Shown piece after piece: positions 50,906 to 62,695 of a stretch of DNA of 64,000 nucleotides; positions within the stretch are counted from its first letter, which is position 1, and every line of letters starts with the position of its first letter. Under the pieces are notes generated by a model, which was not told where the DNA came from, did not search any database, and worked only from the letters and a program-made list of their open reading frames with translations. The translations under genes were made by a program, and so were the position numbers. This DNA is from Asterias rubens (lineage: Eukaryota), in assembly GCF_902459465.1 (NCBI RefSeq), contig NC_047083.1, forward strand, positions 496,001-560,000. Reading direction: 5' to 3'.

Positions 50906-52157
50906 AGTTCTGTGTGACTGGTTTGCTTGTTCTTTGTGTACCTCAATAGTAGGTCAGGGGTGAGTTTGTCATGAAATCATAATTTGCCAAACGTGGCCCT
51001 GTCAGACTCTTTATTAACTATAACAACCGGGATCTGGAACCACGCCCCTATGCTTAGGAACAGGTTGTTGTTTATCCATGATGAACAACGTTAAGAATGA
51101 TATTTGAAAGGCGTGGTCGCATTAGTTTCCTCAACAGATCCATTAAAGAAAACTGCAAGGTAAAAGAGGTTGCCCCCTTTGTCCTCTCTAGGTTCCCTTT
51201 ATCGACTGATTGCGGGTCTCGAGAGAGGAAGTAAGATTACGTGGTCTGGGTGCTTTGTGGAGCTGAGACGTGGATGTCTTACGCTACAAACTTCACCTCG
51301 GGCGGGTGGGCACCGATTGTCCACATGTTCCTATGAATAATGTATTTATAATTCTCAAATCATACATTATGATTCAGGAAATTTACTCAAGGAGCTGACT
51401 GGTTTTTCTGAGTGACTGATGTCTTAATTTTGTTATAAGTTTACTGGAAGTTGGTTTTAGTTTTGGTGTTGTCAAACACGCCCATCTATAAAATGCAAGA
51501 ACATATTTTTAACCTTATGATTGTATTTTTTTTTTCAGTTTTATATATTCATGTTGCATAACTTTACACAATAAAAGGCGTTAGTTGTATTTGTGCTGCA
51601 CATACAACCCAATCTTAAACTTTATGTGTTCTCATTCAGTTCAATAAATGAGACATTATCAATATTAGTTCATCTTGTTCACACACTGAAGACTGCATTT
51701 AATCTTTGAACCTTTGACTGTGTGATATATATTCTCACCATTCAGTCGACTTTTAAGACGTTACGGATCTTTACTGAGATTCCCTTTGTGCTTAAATTAA
51801 CAACCCACAAGGCATCACCCTCCCCCCCCACCCCAACCTCCAAATTAAATTGGACTCGGCTTACAGTGTTCACCAACAACTACCCTCATTTCCAGAATGA
51901 TGTTTGTTTTATTTAATTTAAATACAATTGATTACGTCCAGGAATAGTTTACTTCTCAGAATGAATGTGTCACCCCAAACAATTACCGCCAACCAGCTTT
52001 CAATGTAGCTTTACAGGTGGACAAACTTTTTAGGAAACTAAATTGCTAACTTTAAAGAGCATGAGCATGCACTATTTATTCTTATCATTCGTAACATGAA
52101 AGAACGGTCACAGAAAAATAAATAACAGGTAAAGACGTTGTACGGGTTGAACTAATG

Positions 52158-52322
52158 TTCGTCTCCTGAGACGAAAACTGTTTCCTTGGCTCTTGTTTTA
52201 CTCATTTTACCTCAGCAAGTAATTATTTAAAGGGAGCTTTTTACATTATCTTCACCAAGTTTAATGTAAATTATGTGGAAATTGTGTCTTATGTCTACAA
52301 AAAGTACCCACCAACCTTTTAA
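52158..52322. mobile_element. MITE family D, 3' half
   Basis: ttcgtctcctgagacgaaaa...ttgttttactcatt...aagtttaatgtaaat...aaaaagt.ccca..ccttttaa aligns with 37471-37729. Confidence 0.65.
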
Positions 52323-54123
52323 GTATAGACTGAAGAACCAACCATGCTAATGTGAGCTTCACTCCCTCGATCTTAAAACACGAAAAAGGAATTTGTAATT
52401 AAGAGCAGGAAATTGGGTCATTTAGTTGTGGGAAACTACGGTGGGATTCCCTCCTGAATGATTCTTATTAATGTTCTATTTCCCTTCTGAAGAGAATAAG
52501 ACCACAGAGACTTCATGAGGAGTCCCCCTCTCTCAGTGTGCCTCATCCTCCCACTATTCCCTAGAGAATCAGACGTCTTGAGAAAACTACACCTCCCATT
52601 TCCAGAATTAGAATATCTTGGCATTGTTTTAAAGAAGTTGTTTTTGTGGGAAAGAGCTTTCGGAGGAACACTTTCAGGAGCACCCAAACGCAGAAAATTG
52701 TAAATAGAGCCATGAGAATAATCAAATTAAAATTGTTGTACACGTTTCCAAGTTGTTTCAACAGACAGAATATAATCAGACAAGACACTTGTTCCTTGAG
52801 GCAAAAGTAGGAATAGTTGATCAGGTACAAGGGATGGCCTACTTGTATATACAAGGTAAGCTCAAACAAAGTCAGCCTTTTTTCACACTTTGTCTCAAAT
52901 TTCCAAGGGCAAAAAACAAAAACAAACAGACTCAAGTAATAGCAATAATAATAAGCATTTAATGTTATCACTGGTGTACCGTTTGCACCTTCTATTTTTA
53001 ATAAAATTAATAAATTACAAATAAAAAAATATTTCAACGTCTACTTTTGTTTTGTTTTTATTTATTTATATTTACTTGTATTTATTTGTTTATCTTTTGT
53101 ATTTGTATTTGTGTCTCTCGTTGTCTCTGTCCAATTGACACACATTTAAATGGTTTAATAAACTTCACGGTGGCACACGTAGACTTTAACAACAAGGGTT
53201 GCCAGTTGAGTCGGGCACCCGTTGTTTCTACACTCTGGTCTCCAACCCAGTCCAATATGTCAGATTCGCAGAGGGCCTTAGCTTCGTGTAGGGCCGCTAC
53301 GGGACTCTGGGGCTGGGTAATCGGTCCGATAGTATTGATAATAAGTCACTAATGACCTACCAGCACAAAATGTAAACTTGGATGAGCACAAATTTACACG
53401 AGTATGGGAAATAATTACTAAGAAATGTTAGTCTGCAGATTGAGGGAGTGTTTTAAAAATGAATTCTTAACTTTAAAAAGGGTGGGTGAAAGATGTCTTT
53501 GACCTTGTATATCAATATTTATAAACATATTGCAATAAATAATAGTGACTTGAAGACATTAAGTGGAGAGAGATTGAGTGGTGTCTTTTTCAGGTAGTGA
53601 TTTAGTGAGTAGTACTATTATTGGAGACAGGATTTCACACAAAGATTGATAATGTATTGGTCCTTATCGATATGCAATTCCTATAATCGATATCACTTCC
53701 TACAACGTCTACTAAAACTTCCCAGACACTACAAGAACCCAACTACTTCGAAGCTGAGACACATTTTTTAGACTACCCTGTGAAAAACAACTGCATGGTA
53801 TCCTGCTGTTTACATGCAACCCCTTCGCGGTGAATCCATTACCAGTTATAATGACTCAATTACAATTTCTTATAGAAAGAATTTGTACTTTTCTTGTTTT
53901 TGTGCGTCTTCGTGTGCTCCATCAGTGCTGGGATCAAGGCGCGTTTGACGGCAGGGGGTTGGGGAGCGCACGCTGCGATCTGATTTGGGACGGTTCATTG
54001 ATATGCTACCATAATATGGGAAGTTTTCACCCACAAAAAAGTTTGATTACTGATTTTGTTTCAATATTTATTGGTGTTGGATGCGAGAGATTCATGTTTT
54101 ATACCTAGTGATGTTTGAGTGAG

Positions 54124-54507
54124 TTAAAGGCAGTGGACACTATTGGTAATTAATCAAAATAATTATCATCACGAAACCTTTCTTTATTACCAGTAATGGG
54201 GAGAGGTTTATAGTATAAAACATTGTGAGAAACAGCTCCCTCTGAAGTGACGTAGTTTTCGAGAAAGAAGTAATTTTCAACGAATTTGATTTCGAGACCT
54301 CAAGTTTAGAACTTGAGGTCTTGAAATCAAGCATCAGAAAGCACACAACTTCGAGTGACAAGGGTGTTTTTTTCTTTCATTATTATCTCGCAACTTCTAC
54401 AACCGATTGAGCTCAAATTTTCACAGGTTTGTTATTTTATGCATAAGTTGAGATACACCAAGTGAGAAGACTTGTCTTTGACAATTACCAATAGTGTCCA
54501 CTGTCTT
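54124..54507 (+). mobile_element. MITE family B, near full length
   Basis: TTAA|AGGCAGTGGACACTATTGGTAATT ... AATTACCAATAGTGTCCACTGTCT. Confidence 0.85.
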
Positions 54508-55005
54508 CGGGTAACTTCAAGTTAGCTTAAAAGTATTGAAATGTTATTTTAAAAATAAGCTCCCTTCTGTTTTTAATCAATATTGCAACTTGTTGTTTTA
54601 TGTTTCAATACTATTAATTTAGATTTCTGCGTCATAAGTAGGCCTTTATTATTGTTTTTCTTTTAAATGAGCAAGGTCTCGAGGTAAAATTTTTTTTTTT
54701 TAAGTGGATTTTTCAAATTTAATTTTACCTGCGTCTTTCCCTGGACGGCCTCTATACTTGTTATATAATTATTGTTGTGTTTTCACAAGAATTAATATAT
54801 AATAAAAATGAGATTATTGCTAAAATTTACTGTCTTTTATTGGCAGCTTGTTGTGTTTGACAACGTAAGACGAGTTTTGAAAATGTTTCCATGAAAAAAT
54901 AATTACATGTTCTAAAAATGTGCTGATATTGATGTTGATGTAACATAGTCATAACAAAATACACTCGTGATCAGAGCTTCCAAATATTGGTTGAGCGTCT
55001 AACCT

Positions 55006-55375
55006 TTAAAGCCATTGGACACTTTCGGTAAACAGTATTGTCCAAGGCCCCCACTTCGTGTATCACAACTTCTATATAAAATAACAAACCTGTGAAAATT
55101 TAGGCTCAATCGGTCGGAGTCGGGAGAAAACGGGGAAACCCACCCTTGTTTCTGCACGTTTCGCCGTGTCATGACATGTGTTTAAAATAAATTCGTAATT
55201 CTCGATATCGAGAATTGATATTGTTTTAATGTTTTCTCAAAAAGTAAAGCATTTCATGGAATAATATTTCAAGAGAAGTCTTTAATCACCATTACCTTCT
55301 GTAAACCCTGTAAGTTAATGTAAATCTGTGAACTTATATTTGTTTTTCTGTTCCGAAAGTGTCCAATGGCTGTAA
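55006..55375 (+). mobile_element. MITE family A, full length
   Basis: TTAA|AGCCATTGGACACTTTCGG ... CCGAAAGTGTCCAATGGCT. Confidence 0.85.
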
Positions 55376-55403
55376 GAGGCTGCGGTATATTTTACAAATA
55401 CCA

Positions 55404-55567
55404 GTTGTTAATGCCGCGGGAAAGCCGACTGTCACAGCTGGGTCGAACTCTAGCACATCAAGTCGATGGGAAGACTGTTCAAGATTCCCCCACTAGAGTT
55501 GGGAGTGAGTCTTGATACATCGAGACGGTAAAGAAACTTGGCACCCAGGCTTTCCGGCATTAACAAC
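55404..55567. mobile_element. Small foldback element with about 20-bp TIRs
   Basis: gttgttaatgccg(cg)ggaaagcc ... ggctttccggcattaacaac; single copy in the window. Confidence 0.5.
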
Positions 55568-56582
55568 AATCGGGGTGACGGGCAAGAAAAAGTGGGGCTG
55601 TGAACCTTATTTTTGCTTGTGTTTACTCAGTAAACCTTAGAGACTGGCAACTATGGTAAGAAAGTAACAGTTAAGTTTGAGGTAACTTTGGGGTATAAAC
55701 GGTATATTTTTTTAGAAGAGGGTTTGGTTATCTGCATGATGGTTGTAAATTGAGCGGTTAGCATTTTTTTTATCAGGTTTTCCCGGGCAAAGTTAAGTTT
55801 TCCACGCACAAACATTTTAAAGTCGCAGAACATTTGCGGTGTGACAATGTTTACAAAAAAGTCCTAGTTTTAATTTACACACATTTGCAAGCCATTAATG
55901 AGAGATGGAGCGACAGACAAAAGTCGCAGCGAATACGTTTCGAAAGAAAACACATTTTAGTTTAATTTTGTACAACATTTTTTTCTTTTTTAGATCGGTA
56001 CAATTATATTTCATAAATACACTCTTATCCCCATTATTTTCTTGAAGGAGAATAATTGTTTCATATTGTGGGGTGTTTTTGTTAACTTCAAGTTTGCCCA
56101 TGGTTGGAAAGAGGTTGTAATATTACGGTGAAAATCTAAAACAATTATTGCATGAAACCGCAACCTAAGACGACAAGCAGTTTAGATCTAACGGGGAAAC
56201 TCTCCCCTTTCTGGAAGTGTAAATTTCAATGTGACTCAGAAAGTAACTCCCGGACAAAATATCAGTAATATTGCGTGATGAAACGTCACACCCACTACAA
56301 CCGCCAACAATATCTAAAAAAAGGGTAAATTAGTGAAATCCTGCTGTGAGGAAATAGTCTGTCCTCTGCAATGCCTCTCAATTAAAGCACCATCTTAGAG
56401 AGGATGAAGACACAAATGTACATGTACATCCATTTTTCACGTCTTGGGTTAGCAACTAATTTTAAACCACCACCCAACCCCAACAAAAGACCGTAACCAC
56501 ACGAAGAGCTAAGACAGCAGGGTTTACCCTAAAAACCTTTTCAATGTTCACCTTGTCCATATGTAATAACTATTGTTAACAC

Positions 56583-56876
56583 TTAGAGGCACTGGACACT
56601 ATCACTCAAAATAGTTGTTACCATAACATTTTACTTGGAACGAGCAAATGGAGAGCTGTTGATAGTTTAAAACACTGTGAGAAACGGATCCCTCTGAAGT
56701 AACGTTGTTTTTGAGAAAGATGAAATTTCTCACTACAGTACTTAAATTGAATTCGAGACCTCAGGTGAGGTCCCGAATTCAAGCATCTGAAAGCACACAA
56801 CTTGTGCATTATGTTGAGATACACCAAGTGAGAAGACTGGTCTTTGACAATTACCAAAGGTGTCCAGTGCCTTTAA
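56583..56876 (+). mobile_element. MITE family B, internally deleted
   Basis: aggcactggacact ... gtgtccagtgcct|ttaa. Confidence 0.85.
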
Positions 56877-57615
56877 CTAGGCAGTTGGACCACATACAGG
56901 TCTTTAGATAATTTGACCAGTATTTGGCCAGTGGATTGCACAAAACTAGACAATGCTTAACGTACTAGTATTGTTTTGTGTTTGTAATTTGAAATGTTTG
57001 TCTTAAAATATGTGTTGTTTGTAATGTTTTTAGATCACACTAGGAAAACAAATCTAACCTTTTCTTGTTAACGGTCATGAAATAATAAATTTGAATTAAT
57101 TGAATTGATTGAATCGATTGACTCTGTCAGGTCAAAAGGTTAATCCATTCCAGAATATTTTAAACAATAAACGGTTTTTTTAAATGACTTTATCGGTTTG
57201 TTATAGGATGCTTCACAACTTTTCAACTATTGCATTCGAACTTCTGTTCTACAAAATAAAATTCTAAAGAAAAAAATGTTTTTCTTAATAATTAAGAAAA
57301 CAATGTCACGAGGAAGGAAACATGAATGAAGGAAGTCTTCAAGGTCACAGTATAGAGAGTTTCAAGGTTGACATCGAGTCAAGAAAGCGGATCTTATAAT
57401 CAAGACGTTCTAATGTTTGGAAATGCATTGCAAGACTATTTTTTACTGTCAGTCAAAGTCAGCTATTTATTTTGCAGAGCGTGTTGCCCTTGAGTGAACT
57501 GTACCCTATAAATCACAGTTTAATTTGTGTGTTTTATTCATACAGACAGAGGGACTTCTAATATGTGAGAATAGATGTAGAGATTGTTTCTATTTTGCCT
57601 ATCTATCTTGTCATG

Positions 57616-57883
57616 TTAACGGCACTGGACACTATTGTTAATTACTCAAAATAATTGTTAGTGGCTCCCTCAGAAGTAACGTAGTTTTTGAGAAAGAAGT
57701 AGTTTCTCAGTAAAATATTTGTGTGACAAGGATATTTTTTCTTCCATTATTATCTCGCAACTTCGACGACCAATTGAGTTCAAATTTTCACAGGTTTGTT
57801 ATTTTGTGCATATGTTGAGATACACCAAGTGAGAACACTGGTCTTTGACAATTATCAAAGGTGTTCAGGTGTTCAGGTGTTAA
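57616..57883 (+). mobile_element. MITE family B, internally deleted
   Basis: ttaacggcactggacactattg ... ggtctttgacaattatcaaaggtgttcag. Confidence 0.8.
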
Positions 57884-58483
57884 AGCAACTTACGTATACG
57901 TCTCGTGTGTGTTTGAACATTCTTTGAACCACTTTGGTCCAACGGCTTTACTTTACATTCTACGTTTTCCTTATCTGAACAGGGTCTGATTTCAGAGAGC
58001 TGCTTTGTCACAAAATAGCTGCTTAAGAATCTCCTGCTAAGCAGAAATGAGCAGGATACCAATCACAAATTGTACTTGTGGCAATAGCAGTTTTCCTGGT
58101 AAACCTGTTTTTGGTAATAACTCGAACCTATGAAGTTATTATGTGTGAGAGTTTAGGTAAACTGAAATGTATTGACATCAGTATAAATGGACTAACATGT
58201 GAAAATATTGACAACATGAAATAGATAAGGAATCATTTGTGTTTGACAACAAGTAAACAAGTCCTTGAGGTCAAATTGGTACAATCAGACACTAGAAGAT
58301 GGTGACAATGATGAACGTCTTCCTGTTGTTTTATTAAGATGCACCTAGACCAGGCACGTTTAACAAAGAGTGTGTCCCACAAGTCCGGACAGTCTTTGTC
58401 CATACTATAATTTAATTAGCGTAAGAAGAAAAAAAGAGTTGGTTGTGCTCGTGTTGGAGAATTGATAATACCTTTTGTTGTGG

Positions 58484-58960
58484 TTAAAGACACAGGAATT
58501 AATTCCACTTAGTTAGGAAGAGTTACTCGTCCTAACTTAGGACTTTAGCCTTGCGTTTTTACTTTCTCTTAGGACTAGTCCTATTGTGAAATCGATCCCT
58601 GGACACCTTTGATAGTTGTCAAAGACCCGTATGCCCACGTGTATCCCAACATACGCATGAAATAACAAACCTATTCAAATTTGGACTCAAATAATATTCG
58701 TCATCGAAGTTGCAAGAAAATAATAAAGAAAATAACGAAAGAATAATCACTCTTGTTGCGAAACTTTGTGTGCTTTTAGATGCATAATAAAAGGTTTCAG
58801 GCCCGTTGTTATTTGAATGAGAAACTACCTCTTTCTCAAAAACTACGTTACTTCAGAGGGAGCCGTTTCTCACAATGTTTTATACTACCAACCTCTCCCT
58901 ATTACTCGGTACAAAGTAAGGTTTTATGCTTTTTATACAAAACGTGTCCACTGACTTTAA
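58484..58960 (-). mobile_element. MITE family B whose TIR is interrupted by a family-F insertion (58496-58598)
   Basis: ttaaagacac[a + F]ctggacacctttgatagttgtcaaagac ... gtgtccactgact|ttaa. Confidence 0.8.
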
Positions 58961-59839
58961 TTCACAAGGCCGGACAGGCTTTAAACAAACTATAATTAAA
59001 TTAGGGAAAGCAAAAAAGACTTTGTTGTTCTCGTGTTCTTGAGAAATAACAATACCCTTTCTTTGTGGTTACCAATCATCAATTAAGATGGATAATAAGA
59101 CGGTATTGTAATTCACTCACGCCTCTACTTTCTTCAATTCCATTGATCTAAAACTCTTACATAAAAGACTATAACTACAGTACACGTGAACTGTCCTTCC
59201 AAAAATTGTTTTTGATTTAATTTGTAAAATAATAAACGTCTTTTTGTTGGTCATAAATATGTGAAATTAATCTTCTTTGGGCTGTGTATTTAACAAGGGA
59301 ATAACTTTAACAGGTCATCATTATCGCTGACCCTTTTTAATACACACCAGTTCAGGGACTTCCGCCGGAGAGAAAGCTGTCTGAAAGGTTTTCATGAGTT
59401 CGATAGAGGCAGGAAAAAAAACTTGAACATTTAAAATTATTTTTCAATATGTTTTTATCGGCGAAAGCAGGGTAGAATACTGCTGGAGTTTCGATCAAGG
59501 TTTTTTTTACTTCCGATGTCGGCTCGGGCCGGCCCCTTTGGATCGTCGCTAGCCCCGCCGAGGAATCGGCTTCAAGGCCTCCACGATGGATCGGCGAATC
59601 TAGGGTAATTCTAGACCCGTGTTTATGAAGTTTAGATGACATACAATTTTACGGGTCATTTGCTTTAAAGCTAAGCAACAAGTTTGGGTTTATTAAGAGT
59701 TGACTTTAAATTTCAATTGTACACCCGTTATTAGGTGAGATGAGCTAGTTATTGAGTGAGATGAAAAACAAAAAGATCACGTGATGAGTTAGTCGTCACG
59801 TGCACTGATTCCTCATTGCCTGCAAAAGTTATACAGTAA

Positions 59840-60015
59840 AGCTGGAACCAAAGCCAGCAGCCACAGCCAACAGCCACAGCCAGCAGCAACACCAGAAAGC
59901 CAATACATCCAGATGCCACAACATGCAGCTTAAGCCAGAAACTAAAGCCATCAGCCACAGCCATACGCAAATGCAACACCCTTAACAGGCAGCCACAACC
60001 AGAAGCCACGCCTCG
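59840..60015. repeat. Degenerate (CAGCCA)n-like repeat
   Basis: Recurring agccacagcc / aagcca motifs. Confidence 0.7.
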
Positions 60016-60689
60016 CCCAATACACCCAATGCATTGAACCGTAGACATTATCATGGAGACGCCATCTTGCTTTCTCCCATTCAAATAAATGTTATCAAAC
60101 CGAGGCTGAAAGGGTTAATAGTCTGATCCCCTGCCAAAAACTTCATCATTGTACATAAAAGGTCAATGGGTATACAGGGAACATAACTTAAAATATCATG
60201 GCGGTACCGGTAATGAAATTTACACATAGATGGACAACCAAAATTATGACTTAATTTAAATGATTGTTAAGTTATTCTATAACCTGTCACAGGTCACAAA
60301 CTTAGCAATTATGACAAATCTAGATCGCGGTTTCAAAAACACCATACCTGTATTTTCATTCAGGAATAAAAAACAGATGCCAAACAGATTCTATTTGAGA
60401 GTATGCAGACTTCCGTATTTATTATTTGTAGTTGTTTGTTGGTGATTTTTCAGCGGAAACACCATCACGATTTTGAAAACCAAAATAGCACTTTCTGGAC
60501 TCAAGGGACTTCAGGTCATGCAGTTTGTTTTCAGGGAGGGGGAAAGGACTGGATGAGTGGTGAGGTAAAAGGAACTCTGACCGAAATTGAATCATTTTAT
60601 TTTGCTTTTATTGACCATGAGATATAGTATTAGATGTTGCAAAGTGCTTACCTACTAAAATGACCTATTGTGTTAATGCAATATATAGA

Positions 60690-60755
60690 TAGTGGTCTGA
60701 TGTTTCGTTCATTTAGCTTTCGAGAAAGACTCTGCTAGGATCGAAACGTCAGAGG
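60690..60755 (+). mobile_element. Penelope-type pLTR relic with minimal hammerhead-like motif
   Basis: TCGAGAA-A-GAC-tctgctagg-ATC-GAAAC-GTC at 60720-60750, preceded by an inverted stub tagtggtctgatgtttcg; second copy at 61866-61908. Confidence 0.5.
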
Positions 60756-61417
60756 ACTCTGACAAGTCAGAGTCATAGATTTGTTGCACAACTCAACAAA
60801 GTATAGGGTCTATAAATTATAGGTATAGACCTATTCGTCCGAAGTTAACAGGCGATGTTTACATATTATACATAACACGGACAGAAACTAGCGTCTCTCA
60901 ATCTTCGTACTCTTATCAACTTGACTGAAGAATCTCAAAAAATAGATTTCATTTTTAAAAAAAGACACATTTTCTACTTCTTTTTGGTCAAAACCGCAAT
61001 TGAAAAACATCCGCGAGCTCGTACATCCGGCATTTTCACAAGGGAACCCACAATATGAACAAGTCAAATTAAACGGCTCCTAGCCCTGGTGTGCCGGAAA
61101 GAGTAGATTATCAAGCCACCTCTACGTCTGACAAATAAAAGTAAAAACAATTTTTTTGAAAAATGGAACATCCCCATCCAGGTAAAGTGTGCTACCAGCA
61201 AACAAAGATTACAGAACTGGGCAAAGGGGTTTAGGACAGGGTCACCCCTCCACAACCCCCACCCACCGACAAAGTCTCATTTTATTTCATCAGTGAACTT
61301 TTGTCAAGCTTAAGTCAGATTTGCGGTTATTTTATGTTAAATATATTACGTTTATTTATGATCCTTTTTTGCAGCGTTCTATTAGTTTTTAAGGATTCCG
61401 TTTAGTGAGTTTAATTA

Positions 61418-61536
61418 TTGTAGCTCACAAGTCTGAGGAGACCGCTAAAAAGGGATGTTTGTTTTTCATTTGACTTGTAGCTCACAAGGCTGAGGAGACC
61501 GCTAAAAAGGGATGTTTGTTTTTCATTTGACTTGTA
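61418..61536. repeat. Tandem duplication with 57-bp unit
   Basis: ttgtagctcacaag(t/g)ctgaggagaccgctaaaaagggatgtttgtttttcatttgac occurs twice. Confidence 0.95.
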
Positions 61537-61865
61537 TCCTTCTTTCCTTTGAGAGAAAGGGGCTGCTAGACCTCCAACAATAGAAGCGTACCTTCTTTTC
61601 GGTGTCAGTTCTCATCCCAAACACATTGGGTGAAAGCAGGTCCGTGTAGATATAAACTGCTCCCCTTCCATACCTTGGCGACCAGCACTGTGATTGCATA
61701 GACATACAAAGGGATCCAGACCTTGGCACCACACTGCATCCTTTATAGACCTTCAGGAGTTAGAAAGAACCATAGAAAGAACGAGTCTTCAAAAATAAAA
61801 TAAACAAGAAATGATCTATCGACTAAGACGAACTTTACAAAATCACAGATGACCCGAAAAAATGT

Positions 61866-61908
61866 TAGTGGCTTGAAGTTTCGACCCTAGCAGAGTCTTT
61901 ATCAAAGG
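61866..61908 (-). mobile_element. Penelope-type pLTR relic with minimal hammerhead-like motif, second copy
   Basis: Minus strand reads CCT-TTGATAA-A-GAC-tctgctagg-GTC-GAAAC-TTC. Confidence 0.5.
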
Positions 61909-61917
61909 ATAATGAAC

Positions 61918-62100
61918 AGGGCCAATTCCATAGAGCTGCTTAAACACAAAAGTAGCTAAGCACAACATATTTATGCTTACCAGAACAGGGTAATACCAGC
62001 CAAAATACATACAATTTGTGACTGGAATCGTGCTCATTTCTGCTAAGCTCAAATTGCTAAGCAAATATTTCTGCTTAACCAGCTCTATGAAATTGGGCCC
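61918..62100. mobile_element. MITE family E (Harbinger-like GGGCC...GGCCC TIRs)
   Basis: gggccaattccatagagctg / cagctctatgaaattgggccc. Confidence 0.75.
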
Positions 62101-62415
62101 ATCAGGTAAACTGGTGCAACAGAAACAGTCAAGTTGATTTGTTTTTCCTCAAAAACTCCCAAAATGGAGAAGGTAAAAATATAAAAGTACAAAACTGATG
62201 ACCGAGATGAAAACACAAAGAGAAATCAGGGGATGAATGAAGAGGAGGGTAACAAAGGTTTGGGAAGGGGGCTTGTTGACCACAGGAGGTGGGGAAGATT
62301 GATAAAGCCAGATCAGAATCGATTCATCTGATCCTAATTATTGGTCAATGGCGAATCAAAGATGAACTAGAAAATTAGGAGTGACCCATTTTTCCACCTT
62401 TTATTTTCTATTAAG

Positions 62416-62695
62416 ATATTATGACTTGCACCTGCCGCGTTCATATGCTCTAGGCAAACTCTGCAGAAACCATGGAGTTGAAGGTGAGGTATGGGGACAC
62501 ATTGACCATGGGTCAACGTAGAGGGCCTATGAAGTGACCAAGACATTGAATCAATTAGATGCTTTTCTTATAGACGGTAACGGTAACATGAGCAATGACC
62601 ACATGCTGGTCTTATTTAAAGCCAAGCAACAGACTCTTAACCTGGTCATCCTGACTGCAATTGATAGGTTTTGTCTTGATGAAGAAAACTTGTGA
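62416..62695 (+). CDS. Two candidate coding exons (62416-62483, 62574-62695) of an unidentified plus-strand gene
   Basis: Strong acceptor ccttttattttctattaag|, donor GAAG|GTGAGG, 90-nt intron, acceptor gcttttcttatag|. In frame: YYDLHLPRSYALGKLCRNHGVEDGNGNMSNDHMLVLFKAKQQTLNLVILTAIDRFCLDEENL*. No family recognised. Confidence 0.3.

Noticed and set aside
40278-58993. Window-wide enrichment of TAATNNNATTA sites
   Set aside because: About eight sites were found by eye against roughly five expected at this AT content, which is not convincing overall.
54140-58995. Short ORFs within MITE copies (54140-54361, 56618-56911, 58780-58995) as transposases
   Set aside because: They are 70-80 aa, lack DDE motifs and lie inside non-autonomous elements under 500 bp.
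59352-59642. Minus ORF starting MSSKLHK, resembling MSSLHK of alx1 exon 1 (duplicated first exon?)
   Set aside because: Similarity is limited to six residues, and the only nearby donor is weak and out of phase with downstream alx1 acceptors.
59749-60084. 111-aa C/G/V-rich ORF
   Set aside because: Translation of a degenerate (TGGCTG)n repeat.
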